Positions 18,585 to 29,461 of a stretch of DNA of 64,000 nt are shown here, piece after piece. This DNA is from Candidatus Heimdallarchaeota archaeon (GTDB lineage: Archaea; Asgardarchaeota; Heimdallarchaeia; Heimdallarchaeales; Heimdallarchaeaceae). Position 1 is the stretch's first letter; each line of letters opens with the position of its first letter. Position numbers and translations under genes: made by a program. The stretch lies in the NCBI GenBank assembly GCA_030603365.1, contig JAUVXV010000002.1:32001-96000 (forward strand), in the 5' to 3' direction. Below the pieces are notes generated by a model, which did not search any database, had not been told where the DNA came from, and saw nothing but the letters and a program-made list of their open reading frames with translations.

Positions 18585-20367
18585 CGCAGAAGCTGAGGAA
18601 AGCTGGGAGATAGCTAAAATCATCTTCCCATATACTAAAATGAAGGCTCCCCAGAAAAAGATTATTCAATCTATCCTTTCCTCTCCCCAACCCTTACTTA
18701 TTAGTTCTCAAATAGGTGTGGGGAAAACTGCAGCATTACTCACCTCTTTACTATCTCTTAAGAAACCAGATGAAAAAATAGTTATTTTCGTTAGAACAAA
18801 AGCTCAGATTAATGTGTTTCTTAGAGAACTTTCTAATATCTTTAGACAGATAGTTAAACACTGGGATGTACTGGAACAGCATTTCGAGAACTTTCCCATT
18901 TTTGTTCCATTCTTAGGTAAGAATGAACTATGTTTGAAAGCCAAAAAAGACTATCCTGGAGAGTTGTATACACATATCTGTAATCTAACAAGATGTCCAT
19001 TGAAGGCTAAAACACAAAGAGCAACTTTGGATGATATTATCGATTCTGTCAAAAAGCTCTATGAGTCATTTTCTGATGTTATTTCTAAAGAGGATATTTT
19101 AGAAAGTTTAAACTCAGATAAATATTGTCCATATTTCTTTTCTTATTTTCTTTTGCAAAAAGCTGATGTAATAATTACTTCCTATCCCTTTCTTGAAAAC
19201 AGTGCATTGTTCACTCGTTTATTCTACAGTATAGGATCATCAGTTTCTAAAACTCTAATCGCTATAGATGAGGCCCACAACCTCTATAAACCGATAAATC
19301 AAGAAATAACTAAAGCATTCATTGAAAATGCTGCAAAAGAACTTCCTCATAAAATCTATACAGAGGTTCTAGAACTAATCGATAGGCAAGAAGTTATTCA
19401 TAATAAGTTTGATGAGTACAAACTGAAATCCTTGGAAGATGAGCTTTTCACTCTTCTCCAATCTCAGTTAATTCATAATAGTCCTCCAGCTTTTTATGCC
19501 TACATTGTTTATCATTTTCTGCATTCCTCACAAGATAAAATTCTGCTTTCTGATGGTCAGAAGCTTTCAATTGTTAATATACAACCTTCAGATGTTCTCA
19601 CTAAATTCATAGATGCTAGAAGATTTGCATTAATTTCAGGAAGTTTCGAACCTATAAGATCATTTCAACAAATTTTCAAACTTCCTAATTCTAAAATACT
19701 TCAAGTTTTTCCTCCTAAAGAAGAAATTGAAGCTAAATACTATGTCTTATGTAACCAGAAACTAAATGGCAAATATGAAAATAGAAATCATGAATACTAT
19801 GTTCTTATAGCGAGTACTATTCAAACTATCTTTGAAGCAATAGACGGACACACCTTAGTTTTTGTCCCTAGTTACAAATATATTGGAGAACTTGAGGACT
19901 CTGGAGTACTTGAAGCAGATATAATTGAAAGTAGGGAGTTAGATATCACAACACTCCAAGCAATTATTGCTAGTTCTGAGGAAAAGAAGCTTATCATTTG
20001 TGTAACAGGAGGAAAGATAAGCGAAGGAGTCGAATTCTCTGTTCAAGGTAAAAGTCTTATCAAAGGCATTATGTTAACAACATTACCTTTCCCTCCCCCT
20101 TCTCAGGAAAACCAAATAATTCATGACGATCTTCTGAAAAAGTTTGGACCTACTATAGCAAAGGAATTTACAGTAACCATACCGATGGTACAAAGATTAG
20201 CTCAGAGTTTTGGCAGAGCAATTCGAAATAAAGGAGATAGAGCTGTTCACATACTATTAGATCCCCGAGGAACTAGGCTTACACAAGATTTTCCTTTTGA
20301 AAGACATAATTCAATAAAAACCCTAAAATCTAAAATCAGACATTTTTTTCAAATTCCAAGAACTTAA
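18571..20367 (+). CDS. XPD/Rad3/DinG-family Fe-S DNA helicase
   Basis: FPY Q-motif, SQIGVGKT, Fe-S cysteines (ELC, IC, RCP, YCPY), IDEAHNL, GGKISEGVEF, QSFGRAIR. Confidence 0.88.
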   Translation: MYQVNAEAEESWEIAKIIFPYTKMKAPQKKIIQSILSSPQPLLISSQIGVGKTAALLTSLLSLKKPDEKIVIFVRTKAQINVFLRELSNIFRQIVKHWDVLEQHFENFPIFVPFLGKNELCLKAKKDYPGELYTHICNLTRCPLKAKTQRATLDDIIDSVKKLYESFSDVISKEDILESLNSDKYCPYFFSYFLLQKADVIITSYPFLENSALFTRLFYSIGSSVSKTLIAIDEAHNLYKPINQEITKAFIENAAKELPHKIYTEVLELIDRQEVIHNKFDEYKLKSLEDELFTLLQSQLIHNSPPAFYAYIVYHFLHSSQDKILLSDGQKLSIVNIQPSDVLTKFIDARRFALISGSFEPIRSFQQIFKLPNSKILQVFPPKEEIEAKYYVLCNQKLNGKYENRNHEYYVLIASTIQTIFEAIDGHTLVFVPSYKYIGELEDSGVLEADIIESRELDITTLQAIIASSEEKKLIICVTGGKISEGVEFSVQGKSLIKGIMLTTLPFPPPSQENQIIHDDLLKKFGPTIAKEFTVTIPMVQRLAQSFGRAIRNKGDRAVHILLDPRGTRLTQDFPFERHNSIKTLKSKIRHFFQIPRT

Positions 20368-20389
20368 ATAGAATACTGGAGAAAATTCT

Positions 20390-21391
20390 ATGACTGAAAT
20401 GAAAAGAGCATTGGTTCTAATTTTCATTATGATTTTAACTTCTTTTCCGGTTTCAGCTGAAATTGAAACAGAGTATGATGTAGATGAGTTAAAAAGTTCT
20501 ATTGATCCTTTGTCCGCTTGGTCGAAAAATTACAATGTTACTGCTTTAGCATTAATTTCTGTTTCTACCAAACCATATAATCAAAGTCAATTATATCATA
20601 TCACTATTCATAACGCAACAAACTTCTATGTTATTAGCAGGTATAATGTAACCGGAGATCTTTTCTTTAATTTCATCTGGGAAGGTCTTTTTAGAGCATA
20701 TATCTGGAATCCAGGGGGAGAAAGTTTGGAGATATCTATTATACTAAATAGTGATAGTTTGTCTGATGTAGAAGGGTTAGGTTATTCATTTGATTTCGAA
20801 GACAATTGGTGTCTTCAAACAACAGTATCTTCAGGAATTAATACAATATTACCAATCTCTAGCTTAACTAGAGGAAATTTTAAGATTAAGCTCTCTTCTT
20901 TTGGAGATAACAGTAATCTCAGATTATATTTAACTAATGAAAATCCTTCAGAAGAACCAACTTGGATGGATTCTGCAATAGTTATAAGTTGGATAGAATA
21001 TACGGAACAATCTGTTGTTCTTGACGAGGGTTATAACTGGATAGTTCTAACTTCTCTTGATGGACTATCCCACACTGTTGTTATAGTTATGATATACGAA
21101 AGTGGTTTAGCACTAAAAACTCGAGATATAATAATAGCTGTAGTTTTTATAGGTGCACTGATTTTATTTTTGTTGAATCAAGTAACTAGTCGAAAAAAGA
21201 GGAGACATAGAAAAAGCTACTATAGTACAAAACCATCACGAACTGATGTTCAAAAGCAACTCCACCTAATCTCGCAAGTTGATATCAGACATGAGGGAGG
21301 AAGATATGTTTACATTCCGCCTGAACTGACAAATCCTGATCTTTTGGATGAAGGGTTGGTTGAAAGAAAAAAAGATAAAGACAAAACCTAA
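20390..21391 (+). CDS. secreted single-pass membrane protein
   Basis: Signal peptide, beta-rich ectodomain, TM, basic tail. Confidence 0.65.
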   Translation: MTEMKRALVLIFIMILTSFPVSAEIETEYDVDELKSSIDPLSAWSKNYNVTALALISVSTKPYNQSQLYHITIHNATNFYVISRYNVTGDLFFNFIWEGLFRAYIWNPGGESLEISIILNSDSLSDVEGLGYSFDFEDNWCLQTTVSSGINTILPISSLTRGNFKIKLSSFGDNSNLRLYLTNENPSEEPTWMDSAIVISWIEYTEQSVVLDEGYNWIVLTSLDGLSHTVVIVMIYESGLALKTRDIIIAVVFIGALILFLLNQVTSRKKRRHRKSYYSTKPSRTDVQKQLHLISQVDIRHEGGRYVYIPPELTNPDLLDEGLVERKKDKDKT

Positions 21392-22260
21392 TCCAAGTCG
21401 AAATTTCTAACTGTTATAATCCCCATTACAGTTATTCCAGTATGACAAGCTATAGTATTTCCAACAAAAAATGGTTCAATGTGTTTAATTTTAGGGATAG
21501 TTGTTCTTTCAATCATCTTTCGGAATTTAGCATTCTCTTCTCTTGGTGTAGTTTCACCCATCCAGATGAAAAGCTCATCATCAGGGTTGTAACATTTCCA
21601 TGCTTCATTGAGTAATTTTCTACATGTCCTCTCAGTACCAATATCTTTCCCAATTGGTTTGAGCTCTCCATCAGCTAATGTGAGGATGGGGTAAGCATGA
21701 AGAACATCAGCTAGATAATACTGAATACGGCTGATTCTCCCACTTTGGAAAATATGAGTCAAATCTGTAACCATTAAAAATACTTGAACATCATTATCTC
21801 TGAAATATTCAAGTTGCTGTAAGATATTATCAATTTCTTCTCCCTGTTTTACTAATTGAGCTGCTTTGAGAGCTATAGCTCCTAAGAAATAAGAGGTTCC
21901 TTTGGAATCAAATATAGTTATTTCCGGACAATTAGCTTTTTTTCTTCTAAACTGATTTACTGTGCTTTTTACCACATTCATTGTTCCTGATAATTGAGGA
22001 GAAACAAGTATCATAAGCAGATGATCGTAATCTTGATTCTTCTCTAAAACTTTCCAAACATTATTTGGTGAGGGTTGGCTAGTTTTTGCAGATTTTGAAT
22101 TCTTAATCAATTCATAGAATTCAGCTGGAGGAGTGCTTCCATCATCCAAGTATTCTTGTTCATCTATAATTGCAAATGCTGGAATAAGATCAATATCATA
22201 ACGTTTTACCAAATCATCATTGAGATTTGATGTCGAATCTGAAATTATCTTAATTTTCAC
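21388..22260 (-). CDS. degV: DegV family fatty-acid-binding protein
   Basis: IISDST, KTSQPSP, SPQLSGT, SGRIS, CHTG motifs. Confidence 0.88.
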   Translation of the reverse strand: MKIKIISDSTSNLNDDLVKRYDIDLIPAFAIIDEQEYLDDGSTPPAEFYELIKNSKSAKTSQPSPNNVWKVLEKNQDYDHLLMILVSPQLSGTMNVVKSTVNQFRRKKANCPEITIFDSKGTSYFLGAIALKAAQLVKQGEEIDNILQQLEYFRDNDVQVFLMVTDLTHIFQSGRISRIQYYLADVLHAYPILTLADGELKPIGKDIGTERTCRKLLNEAWKCYNPDDELFIWMGETTPREENAKFRKMIERTTIPKIKHIEPFFVGNTIACHTGITVMGIITVRNFDLD

Positions 22261-22446
22261 ATTTCAATAATAAACTAGGTTTTAAAAAATGTTGTGCAGA
22301 TGAATTATTAATTTGAGATTACTCGGATTAGCTGGATTGGTCCTATCATCCTTAAAACCTAAAAAGAAAAGATGATTTTTCTTTTCTTATATCCATAAAT
22401 CTTTTTTTTTCAGAAAGATTTAGATATCTCTACTTAGAGTTAAAGT

Positions 22447-23397
22447 GTGAATAAAAAACTGATTCACTGGTTAAAAGCATCTGTCATTATTCTAGGATGG
22501 AGTCTGACACCAGTTATTGGTGATTATCTAGTCGATCAAACTAGTCAATTAACCGCTTATCAGTTATCTTTTTTTAGATATTTCATTGCTGCAGTAGCCA
22601 TTTACATTATCCTAATGATTCAGAAGGATGTCTCGAATAAGGATATAATTCAATCTGTCAAAAAGAAATGGAAACAATATATTATAGTTTCAATACCTTC
22701 TGCTTTCATGCCTGTTCTTCTATTCCTGGCGGTTAATTCAACCACTGCATCAACCGCTTCCTTCTTACTAAACTCGAATATTATTCTTATTCCAATTATT
22801 GCCTTTTTTATTATTAAAGAAAGGATAACAAAACGTTATTTCATAGGTTTAGTAATCGCTTTACTTGGAGTATTCTTTGTGGTTTTTGATGAGAATCTCT
22901 TGGATTTATCTAATCTAACCTTGGGGTCAGTTGGAGGTAATTTGCTCGCTTTAGGTTCCGGTCTTTGTTGGGCATTATACACGGTTTTTCTGAAGAAATT
23001 CTTTTCTGATGAGAATCCACTATTAGTTACTTTTTTGAGTCTTCTATTGGGAAGCATTTATCTTGTTTTCTTTGCTTTTCTTATTCCTCCTGTAAATATG
23101 TCAGTAAATCTCTTAGGAATCTTTCTTATCATAGTAATTGCAGTATTAGCCACGGCATTTGCTTATAGCTTCTGGTTGGATATACTTTCCTATCTTTCAA
23201 CTACTGAAACAGGAATCATACAAGCTTTAGTACCAATCTTTTCAGTAATTTGGTCTGTTTCCTTTCTAGGAGAAGGTGATACAGTAACGTACTTTTTTGG
23301 AATCGGAGCTGTATTGATAATTGCTAGTATAATCATTGTTGAGAGAAGAAAGGAAAAACCAGAGATTACTGATGAAAAATCCATAAAAGAAAGTTGA
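22447..23397 (+). CDS. DMT/EamA family transporter
   Basis: About 10 TMs, two EamA repeats (KERI..., GNLLALGSGLCWALY). Confidence 0.88.
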   Translation: MNKKLIHWLKASVIILGWSLTPVIGDYLVDQTSQLTAYQLSFFRYFIAAVAIYIILMIQKDVSNKDIIQSVKKKWKQYIIVSIPSAFMPVLLFLAVNSTTASTASFLLNSNIILIPIIAFFIIKERITKRYFIGLVIALLGVFFVVFDENLLDLSNLTLGSVGGNLLALGSGLCWALYTVFLKKFFSDENPLLVTFLSLLLGSIYLVFFAFLIPPVNMSVNLLGIFLIIVIAVLATAFAYSFWLDILSYLSTTETGIIQALVPIFSVIWSVSFLGEGDTVTYFFGIGAVLIIASIIIVERRKEKPEITDEKSIKES

Positions 23398-24227
23398 TAG
23401 AGAGAAACCTTTTTTTCTATGAAAGTAATCTTATTGAGTTAGTGAATAAAATGACAAAGTTTCAAGAAGATATTTGTATCCACAAAGGGGATTTCCTAAT
23501 TGTCAAAACAAAGGACATAGAATTCAACAATCCCACAGTATTTGTTACTTTTCCAACTCCTGGTATTATTGGTCCAATAGTAGCTAGACAAATGATTTCT
23601 AGTTTGGGATTAGAAGAAATAGGTTTCTTTAAGTCTGATGCCCTTAGTCCTGTTACAATTTTCATGGATAATGTTCTGAAGCACCCATATTTGCTTTATT
23701 CCAACAAAGAAGGTACCATCCTTTTGATAACTATAGAGTATCCGGTTCCTCAAGAAGCGTTTTTAGTTGTAGCTGAGGGATTAATCAATTGGATAGAGAA
23801 ACATGTTAGAGCAGAAAAAATAGTTTGTTTAGATGGTGTTCCAGTCAAACTTAAGCCAGAAAAACCTGTTGTTATAACAGCAGCAGAAAAAGGGGTAGCA
23901 GAAGAACTAAAGCAATATGGCACAGACATATACGAACATGGTGTCGTTTTAGGTCTTTCAGGAGCATTTACTAGTGAAGCTTTACTCCGTGATATTGTTG
24001 GTATGGTTCTAATGACACCTGCAACAGCTGAATTTCCTGATCCAGAAGCTGCTGTCAACCTGATCAAAGTGATAAACAGTTATTTCAAATTCGACATTGC
24101 AACAGAAGAGTTACTTGCTGAAGCTACCAAGATTAAGCAACAGTTAGCAATGATAGCTGAGAAACAACAGACTATGCAACAACCTATGGTCCCACCGCCA
24201 AGAAGAATGAGAGAAGGATATGTATAA
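23394..24227 (+). CDS. PAC2-family proteasome assembly chaperone (likely start 23451)
   Basis: FPTPGIIGPI, GLSGA, FPDPEAA motifs; C-terminal GYV. Confidence 0.85.
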   Translation: MIERNLFFYESNLIELVNKMTKFQEDICIHKGDFLIVKTKDIEFNNPTVFVTFPTPGIIGPIVARQMISSLGLEEIGFFKSDALSPVTIFMDNVLKHPYLLYSNKEGTILLITIEYPVPQEAFLVVAEGLINWIEKHVRAEKIVCLDGVPVKLKPEKPVVITAAEKGVAEELKQYGTDIYEHGVVLGLSGAFTSEALLRDIVGMVLMTPATAEFPDPEAAVNLIKVINSYFKFDIATEELLAEATKIKQQLAMIAEKQQTMQQPMVPPPRRMREGYV

Positions 24228-24350
24228 TCTTATTCTCCCTATTTTTTTATTTTAATGAAAAGTTTTTTTTTGTTTTAAACCTCGAGAAATTGCTGACAAA
24301 TTATATCGCCAAATTTTTTTTCTAAAAGAAATGAAAAGATAGAACAAAAA

Positions 24351-24734
24351 TCACTTAGATGTTTTTCCACAGTTACTGCAAAATTTCATTCCAGATTCTA
24401 ATTTCATCCCACAAAATTCACAGAAAGTTGTTTCCAGAACGTCCTTAGAAGAAGTGGATTCCACATCTTTCTCCCTTTTTGTTTTTAAACCTTTGATTTC
24501 ATGACCCTCTAGAATATCATATGTGCTTCTACGTGTTTTTGAGGTTTCTTGTCCAGTTTTCTTCAGAAAATTGAAGAATGCTATAACACCTAGAATAACG
24601 AAAAACATGATTACTCCCATCAAAATATAGAATATAATCTTTTCAGTAACAATTCCTAATACCAATAAAGTTACCAAAACTAAAATTAATCCAGTTATTA
24701 CACCATTTATAGAACGACGACTTCGAATTCTCAT
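24351..24734 (-). CDS. 2-TM protein with C-terminal zinc ribbon
   Basis: FCEFCG...FCSNCG; ATG at 24734 preferred over the ORF-track TTG at 24875. Confidence 0.7.
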   Translation of the reverse strand: MRIRSRRSINGVITGLILVLVTLLVLGIVTEKIIFYILMGVIMFFVILGVIAFFNFLKKTGQETSKTRRSTYDILEGHEIKGLKTKREKDVESTSSKDVLETTFCEFCGMKLESGMKFCSNCGKTSK

Positions 24735-24907
24735 ATAGGTACATAGAAAATAATGAACCAATATAAAGACTCCTTTGAGTATTATGTAAATAGCAGTTTC
24801 TCTCTGTCGATATATGTTCCCTGAAAAAGTAAAATAAATTATGGATAATAAACTAAATTCTTTGATGAATAACAATCTTTATTTTTAATCTCAGAACATT
24901 CTTTTTA

Positions 24908-25867
24908 ATGAAAGTATTTGTAACAAGGAAAATCCCTCAAGCTGGCTTAGAAATTCTTAGGGAGCATTTTGAAATTGATGTATTTGAAGGAGATTCCCCT
25001 ATATCTAGAGAGGAGTTGGTAACACGAGCTAGTGATTGTGACGGTCTTCTTTCATTATTAACCGATACAATAGATTCAGAAGTCATGGATGAAATAGGAG
25101 TTAAAGCTATAGCTAATTATGCAGTAGGTTATGATAATATAGATATTACTGCAGCAACCCAAAGAAAAATTCCTGTTACAAATACACCAGGTGTATTGAC
25201 AGATGCAACTGCTGATTTGACTTTTGCACTGATCTTATCCATCTCTAGACGAATAGTTGAATCTGATAAATATCTTAGAGAAGGAAGATGGACTGGTTGG
25301 GATCCTATCCTCTTACTTGGTGGAGATTTTGTTGGAAAGACTCTCGGTATTATTGGATTAGGTAGGATAGGAACAGCTGTTGCTAAGAGGGCTAAAGGTT
25401 TTGGGATGAATATCATCTATACTGATCATCATAAGAAATCTATAGAAAACGAATTGAGTGCAAGATGGGTAACATTTGAAGAGCTAATAGTAAATTCTGA
25501 TTATATTACAATTCATATACCACATACAACTGATACACATCACCTTATAGGGAAAGAAGAATTGTCCAAAATGAAAAGTACAGCTTATCTCATTAATACT
25601 TCTAGAGGTAAAATAATCAATGAAATTGAACTTATTGAAGCTTTGAAGAACAGACAGATTACTGGAGCAGGTTTAGATGTTTTCTATGAAGAACCCGATT
25701 TCAATCCTGAACTTGCAAAGTTAGATAATGTGGTTATTGTTCCTCATATTGGTTCAGCAAGCTTTGAAACAAGAAACAAAATGGCAGTAATGGCTGCAGA
25801 GAATCTTGTTGAAGCATTAAAAGGAGAGATACCTGAAAATATTGTGAACCCAGAGATATATGATTAA
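24908..25867 (+). CDS. gyaR: glyoxylate reductase / D-2-hydroxyacid dehydrogenase
   Basis: NTPGVLTDATAD, GLGRIG, INTSRG, LDVF..EP, PHIGSA. Confidence 0.9.
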   Translation: MKVFVTRKIPQAGLEILREHFEIDVFEGDSPISREELVTRASDCDGLLSLLTDTIDSEVMDEIGVKAIANYAVGYDNIDITAATQRKIPVTNTPGVLTDATADLTFALILSISRRIVESDKYLREGRWTGWDPILLLGGDFVGKTLGIIGLGRIGTAVAKRAKGFGMNIIYTDHHKKSIENELSARWVTFEELIVNSDYITIHIPHTTDTHHLIGKEELSKMKSTAYLINTSRGKIINEIELIEALKNRQITGAGLDVFYEEPDFNPELAKLDNVVIVPHIGSASFETRNKMAVMAAENLVEALKGEIPENIVNPEIYD

Positions 25868-26887
25868 CTACTCGTTTTGTTCAAAGAGTTCTTTTCTTAG
25901 ATGCTCTTTCTCATTGATGACCATTTTTGATAATGGAAAATAATAATGATCTACTCTTGTATCAGGATAAAATCCTACGTGTACCATTCCTAAGAATTTA
26001 TCTGCAACAGTTGCACAGAATGGATCTTTAGCTTGAGGGTTTGTTCCAACTCCTAATTGGGAAAGTTTCACATCTTCACGTCTAATCAGAGCTTGTATAT
26101 CCTCTCCCACTTTCCCTCCACCTACACAATCTACTAAAGTATTATCCTTAATTGTTAATGTGAGTAGTTGAGTTAACTCTTCTTGCCATCCTGGAAAGAT
26201 GTTTAAGGTTCCATTAATTGTACATACAGTTTGTCCATAATGTAACTCTAATGTTATTTCCCCTGCAGGTAAATTTGAGAACATACCTGGAGATGTGCAG
26301 AAACCAGATTCCCATAACCAATCTATAGGTGTATTGAATTCAAGTAAAAGATGACTTCCTGCTAAGTCAAAGAGTTCAAGTTTTCTTGCTCCTTGAACTA
26401 GACTGAATAATTTTGTTGTTATTTTTTCTATATCATGCAGATTCACATCTAGAGGACCTTCTGGATAGAAAACATCTGCAGGTATAAGTGGTGCTGATAC
26501 ATGTCGTATCTTCTTGTTATCTAGAGGAACTTTCAAAGATGGAACATCTGTCAAAGAAAATTCTGTTATCGTAATTACTAAGTCTGATTCTAGTATTTTC
26601 TTCTTCATTTCTTTATCATTTGGATCGATATAGTGTTGGTAAGTTGGTTTGATTAAATATAATTCTACCTTATCTTGCTTCTTTTCCTTTATGATTTCGT
26701 ATATTCTTTTTGCTAGTAAATTTCGCTCTACTATTGATTCAAGAATAGCTGTTGGTTTATTAACAAAATCCTCAGGACTTGGGTAATCACTAATAATCAA
26801 AACTTTCTCATTTTCTCTAACTTCCCAAGCTTCCTCTAATAGCCTTGTTACAATAGGTCGTATAGAATCCTTGAGATAGTCTGCCAT
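25868..26887 (-). CDS. aminopeptidase T / peptidase M29-like protein, possibly divergent
   Basis: EKVLIISD, FSNLPAGE, LGVGTNP, DKFLGMVHVG; ATG at 26887 preferred. Confidence 0.65.
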   Translation of the reverse strand: MADYLKDSIRPIVTRLLEEAWEVRENEKVLIISDYPSPEDFVNKPTAILESIVERNLLAKRIYEIIKEKKQDKVELYLIKPTYQHYIDPNDKEMKKKILESDLVITITEFSLTDVPSLKVPLDNKKIRHVSAPLIPADVFYPEGPLDVNLHDIEKITTKLFSLVQGARKLELFDLAGSHLLLEFNTPIDWLWESGFCTSPGMFSNLPAGEITLELHYGQTVCTINGTLNIFPGWQEELTQLLTLTIKDNTLVDCVGGGKVGEDIQALIRREDVKLSQLGVGTNPQAKDPFCATVADKFLGMVHVGFYPDTRVDHYYFPLSKMVINEKEHLRKELFEQNE

Positions 26888-26946
26888 AATCCCGATTTGA
26901 ACATTCGGATTTTTGCTTAAAAACATTAGTCTAAAGGAAATTGAAC

Positions 26947-28038
26947 TTATGGGTGCTTGTAGAAACATCTTAACATTGTTTTTGCGAAATTGTCACTAGA
27001 AATACATTTTCGACAATCTATACAAGATGCTCTTTCTTGTCCTTCTTCTAATAAATTCACCAAATCAGGTTCATTGATAAATGGTTTACTCATGGAGATG
27101 AAATCAGCAACATTGTTATCTAATAGAGCATCCATTGTAGTTCTACTTCGAATTCCATCTACAATAATCAGAGGTAAATCTTGTATCTGATCACGAATTT
27201 TCTTGACATGTGCTCCCCATGTTGCTTCACAATATCCAGTCTCAATAGCAGCTCTTCCTCTAGTTTTTCTGATATGATTCTGTTGTTCAGGACCTCCTCC
27301 ACTAATTTCTGCAAAAGATAGTCCTTTCTCAGCTAACCATTTTATAACGCTTATAGCATCATCTACTTGCATTCCACCTTCTTCAGCAAAATCATCACCG
27401 TTTATTTTCACACCGATAATTGCTTTTTCTCCTAACTTTTCCCTAATTGCATCATAAATCCTCATTAGTAACAAAGCTCTTTTTTCAAGTGTTTCTCCAT
27501 ATTCATCTAATCTTTTGTTGACTCTGTCAGAAAGGAATTGACTATTCAGATACCCATGAGCTGCATGAATTTGTACTCCATCAAATCCAGCTGCTATTGC
27601 GTTCTTTGCAGCTTCTGCAAAGTCCTCAATGATTTTTTCAATCTCATCTTGTCTTAATTCTCTAGCTTCCCAGTCATTAGTTTTGTAAGCTGAAGCGGTA
27701 ACTCTATCTTGACGACAGGTGAAACCTCCATGATTAATCTGACCTATGATTTTTGATCCATAAGAATGAACTATTTCAACTAGTTCTTCCATTCGTGGGA
27801 CATGTGCCTCTGCAGATAAACCAGACTGTTTAGAATGAGCTTTACCCTTTTCACTGACATATGAATGTCCTTTAATGATTAGACCAATATTTCCCTTTGC
27901 TAATTTCTCATAATGTTCTATTATTGGATCTGAAAGTATTCCAGTATCATCTGACCAATATGAAGTGGTTGCCGATCTTACAAATCTATTCTTTACTTCT
28001 AACTTTCCTATAGAAAAAGGTGTGAAAAGTTTGGACAT
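26947..28038 (-). CDS. NADH:flavin oxidoreductase (Old Yellow Enzyme family)
   Basis: KNRFVRSAT, AGFDGVQIHAAHGYL, QFLS...N.R.DEYG, C-terminal CIDCRKC. Confidence 0.92.
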   Translation of the reverse strand: MSKLFTPFSIGKLEVKNRFVRSATTSYWSDDTGILSDPIIEHYEKLAKGNIGLIIKGHSYVSEKGKAHSKQSGLSAEAHVPRMEELVEIVHSYGSKIIGQINHGGFTCRQDRVTASAYKTNDWEARELRQDEIEKIIEDFAEAAKNAIAAGFDGVQIHAAHGYLNSQFLSDRVNKRLDEYGETLEKRALLLMRIYDAIREKLGEKAIIGVKINGDDFAEEGGMQVDDAISVIKWLAEKGLSFAEISGGGPEQQNHIRKTRGRAAIETGYCEATWGAHVKKIRDQIQDLPLIIVDGIRSRTTMDALLDNNVADFISMSKPFINEPDLVNLLEEGQERASCIDCRKCISSDNFAKTMLRCFYKHP

Positions 28039-28135
28039 AGTTTAACAATTTCATAGTAATAAAAAAACATTCCTCCTCAATGCCATACTGACAAAAGTTA
28101 AATATATCTGCAATAAATGAACAGTATAACTCAAC

Positions 28136-28384
28136 TTGGTGGAGATTTATATGGTATGCGGTTTAGATTTCGATTATCCTGAATGGTTATATAAAACAGC
28201 AATGTACATAGCAGCTTTTGGAACACTTCTATTTGTAGTGTTCGTATTTGTTTATTCGTCAGCTTCAAGCGCGGAAGTACCTAATAATACTTTAATCACA
28301 ACATCTTTGTGGTTACTTATATCAGGTGTAATCTTAGTTGTACCTGCAATAATAATATTCTTCACCAGAAGCAGTGATTATTAA
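28136..28384 (+). CDS. small 2-TM membrane protein
   Basis: ORF track; two hydrophobic helices. Confidence 0.55.
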   Translation: MVEIYMVCGLDFDYPEWLYKTAMYIAAFGTLLFVVFVFVYSSASSAEVPNNTLITTSLWLLISGVILVVPAIIIFFTRSSDY

Positions 28385-29391
28385 TATTCATCTACTTTTG
28401 AACCACATTTGTGACAAAAAATTTTGTTAGGTTTTAACTTCACTCCACAGTTGGGGCAAAATTGAGCCTGTAAATGATTTATTTCATCAGTTTTTTTAGC
28501 TTCAACAAAATCAGATTGAACTACTGTTTGTGAAGTAGGAGATTTGTAAGTTTGAGGATCCACTGTTCTTTGTTGTGGAATAGTATAACCTGTGCTAGTC
28601 TCGAAATCATAATCTACTGGAACGTCATTTGCAACCAATTTTATATCATTACTCAAATTGAAAAATCCTATCATTAAGCCTACATATCCTAAAATGATGA
28701 TGACTCCTGCAATTATCAAAGGTGTTAAGTTGATAGTAGTTTCAGAACTTAGCTGATAAACACTGAATGTTAAGGGAATCATTGATAATAGTGGAACAAT
28801 TTGAGAGTAGAATAATAGTTTACTTTCTTTTTTAGGGTAGAGCTGATTTTCTTTTAGAGCCTTGAAGGTCAAGCTAATATTATAATAAGCTAGAATCAGA
28901 AAAACAAATGCCCCAATATAAGCAATTTCCGTGATATATGAGAGACCTGTCCCAATAAATGTACCCATCAACAGGCTAGCAATTTGAATGAATAAAGCAT
29001 ACCTGATGAAATTTCCCACATTGTTAGCTTGTTTTGCTACTTGTGGTATTATTCTAGCAAGTATTCGAAAACTCTTAGATATTCTGAAAAAAGTAAAAAG
29101 ATACATAATACCAGATACCAAAAGAAGAATAAAGATAAATGAAAGTGCAGAAAAAATACCAGGATTTTCATCCATAAGAATAGTTAATGAAGCTTGTATT
29201 GCCTCAATATCCGCGGTAGCGGCTTCTTGAAGGATAATCAGAAGTTCCTCTAATACATTATAGAGAAGTGCGACTAAAACCACTAATGACCCCATAAAAA
29301 CTGTTTGGACAATAGCAAGTCTTTTAGCAAATTTGCTAATTTGATTTTTTATCAAATGAATAGGTGGAACAGCATTGTAGTTGGAATACAT
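28381..29391 (-). CDS. polytopic membrane protein with C-terminal zinc ribbon
   Basis: About 6 TMs, FCPNCG...FCHKCG. Confidence 0.75.
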   Translation of the reverse strand: MYSNYNAVPPIHLIKNQISKFAKRLAIVQTVFMGSLVVLVALLYNVLEELLIILQEAATADIEAIQASLTILMDENPGIFSALSFIFILLLVSGIMYLFTFFRISKSFRILARIIPQVAKQANNVGNFIRYALFIQIASLLMGTFIGTGLSYITEIAYIGAFVFLILAYYNISLTFKALKENQLYPKKESKLLFYSQIVPLLSMIPLTFSVYQLSSETTINLTPLIIAGVIIILGYVGLMIGFFNLSNDIKLVANDVPVDYDFETSTGYTIPQQRTVDPQTYKSPTSQTVVQSDFVEAKKTDEINHLQAQFCPNCGVKLKPNKIFCHKCGSKVDEY

Positions 29392-29461
29392 TAGACATTC
29401 ACCTTGGTACTCAAATTTAGAGAATAAAGAGTGATATAAAAAACTAGTTTTTTGAACTAAT

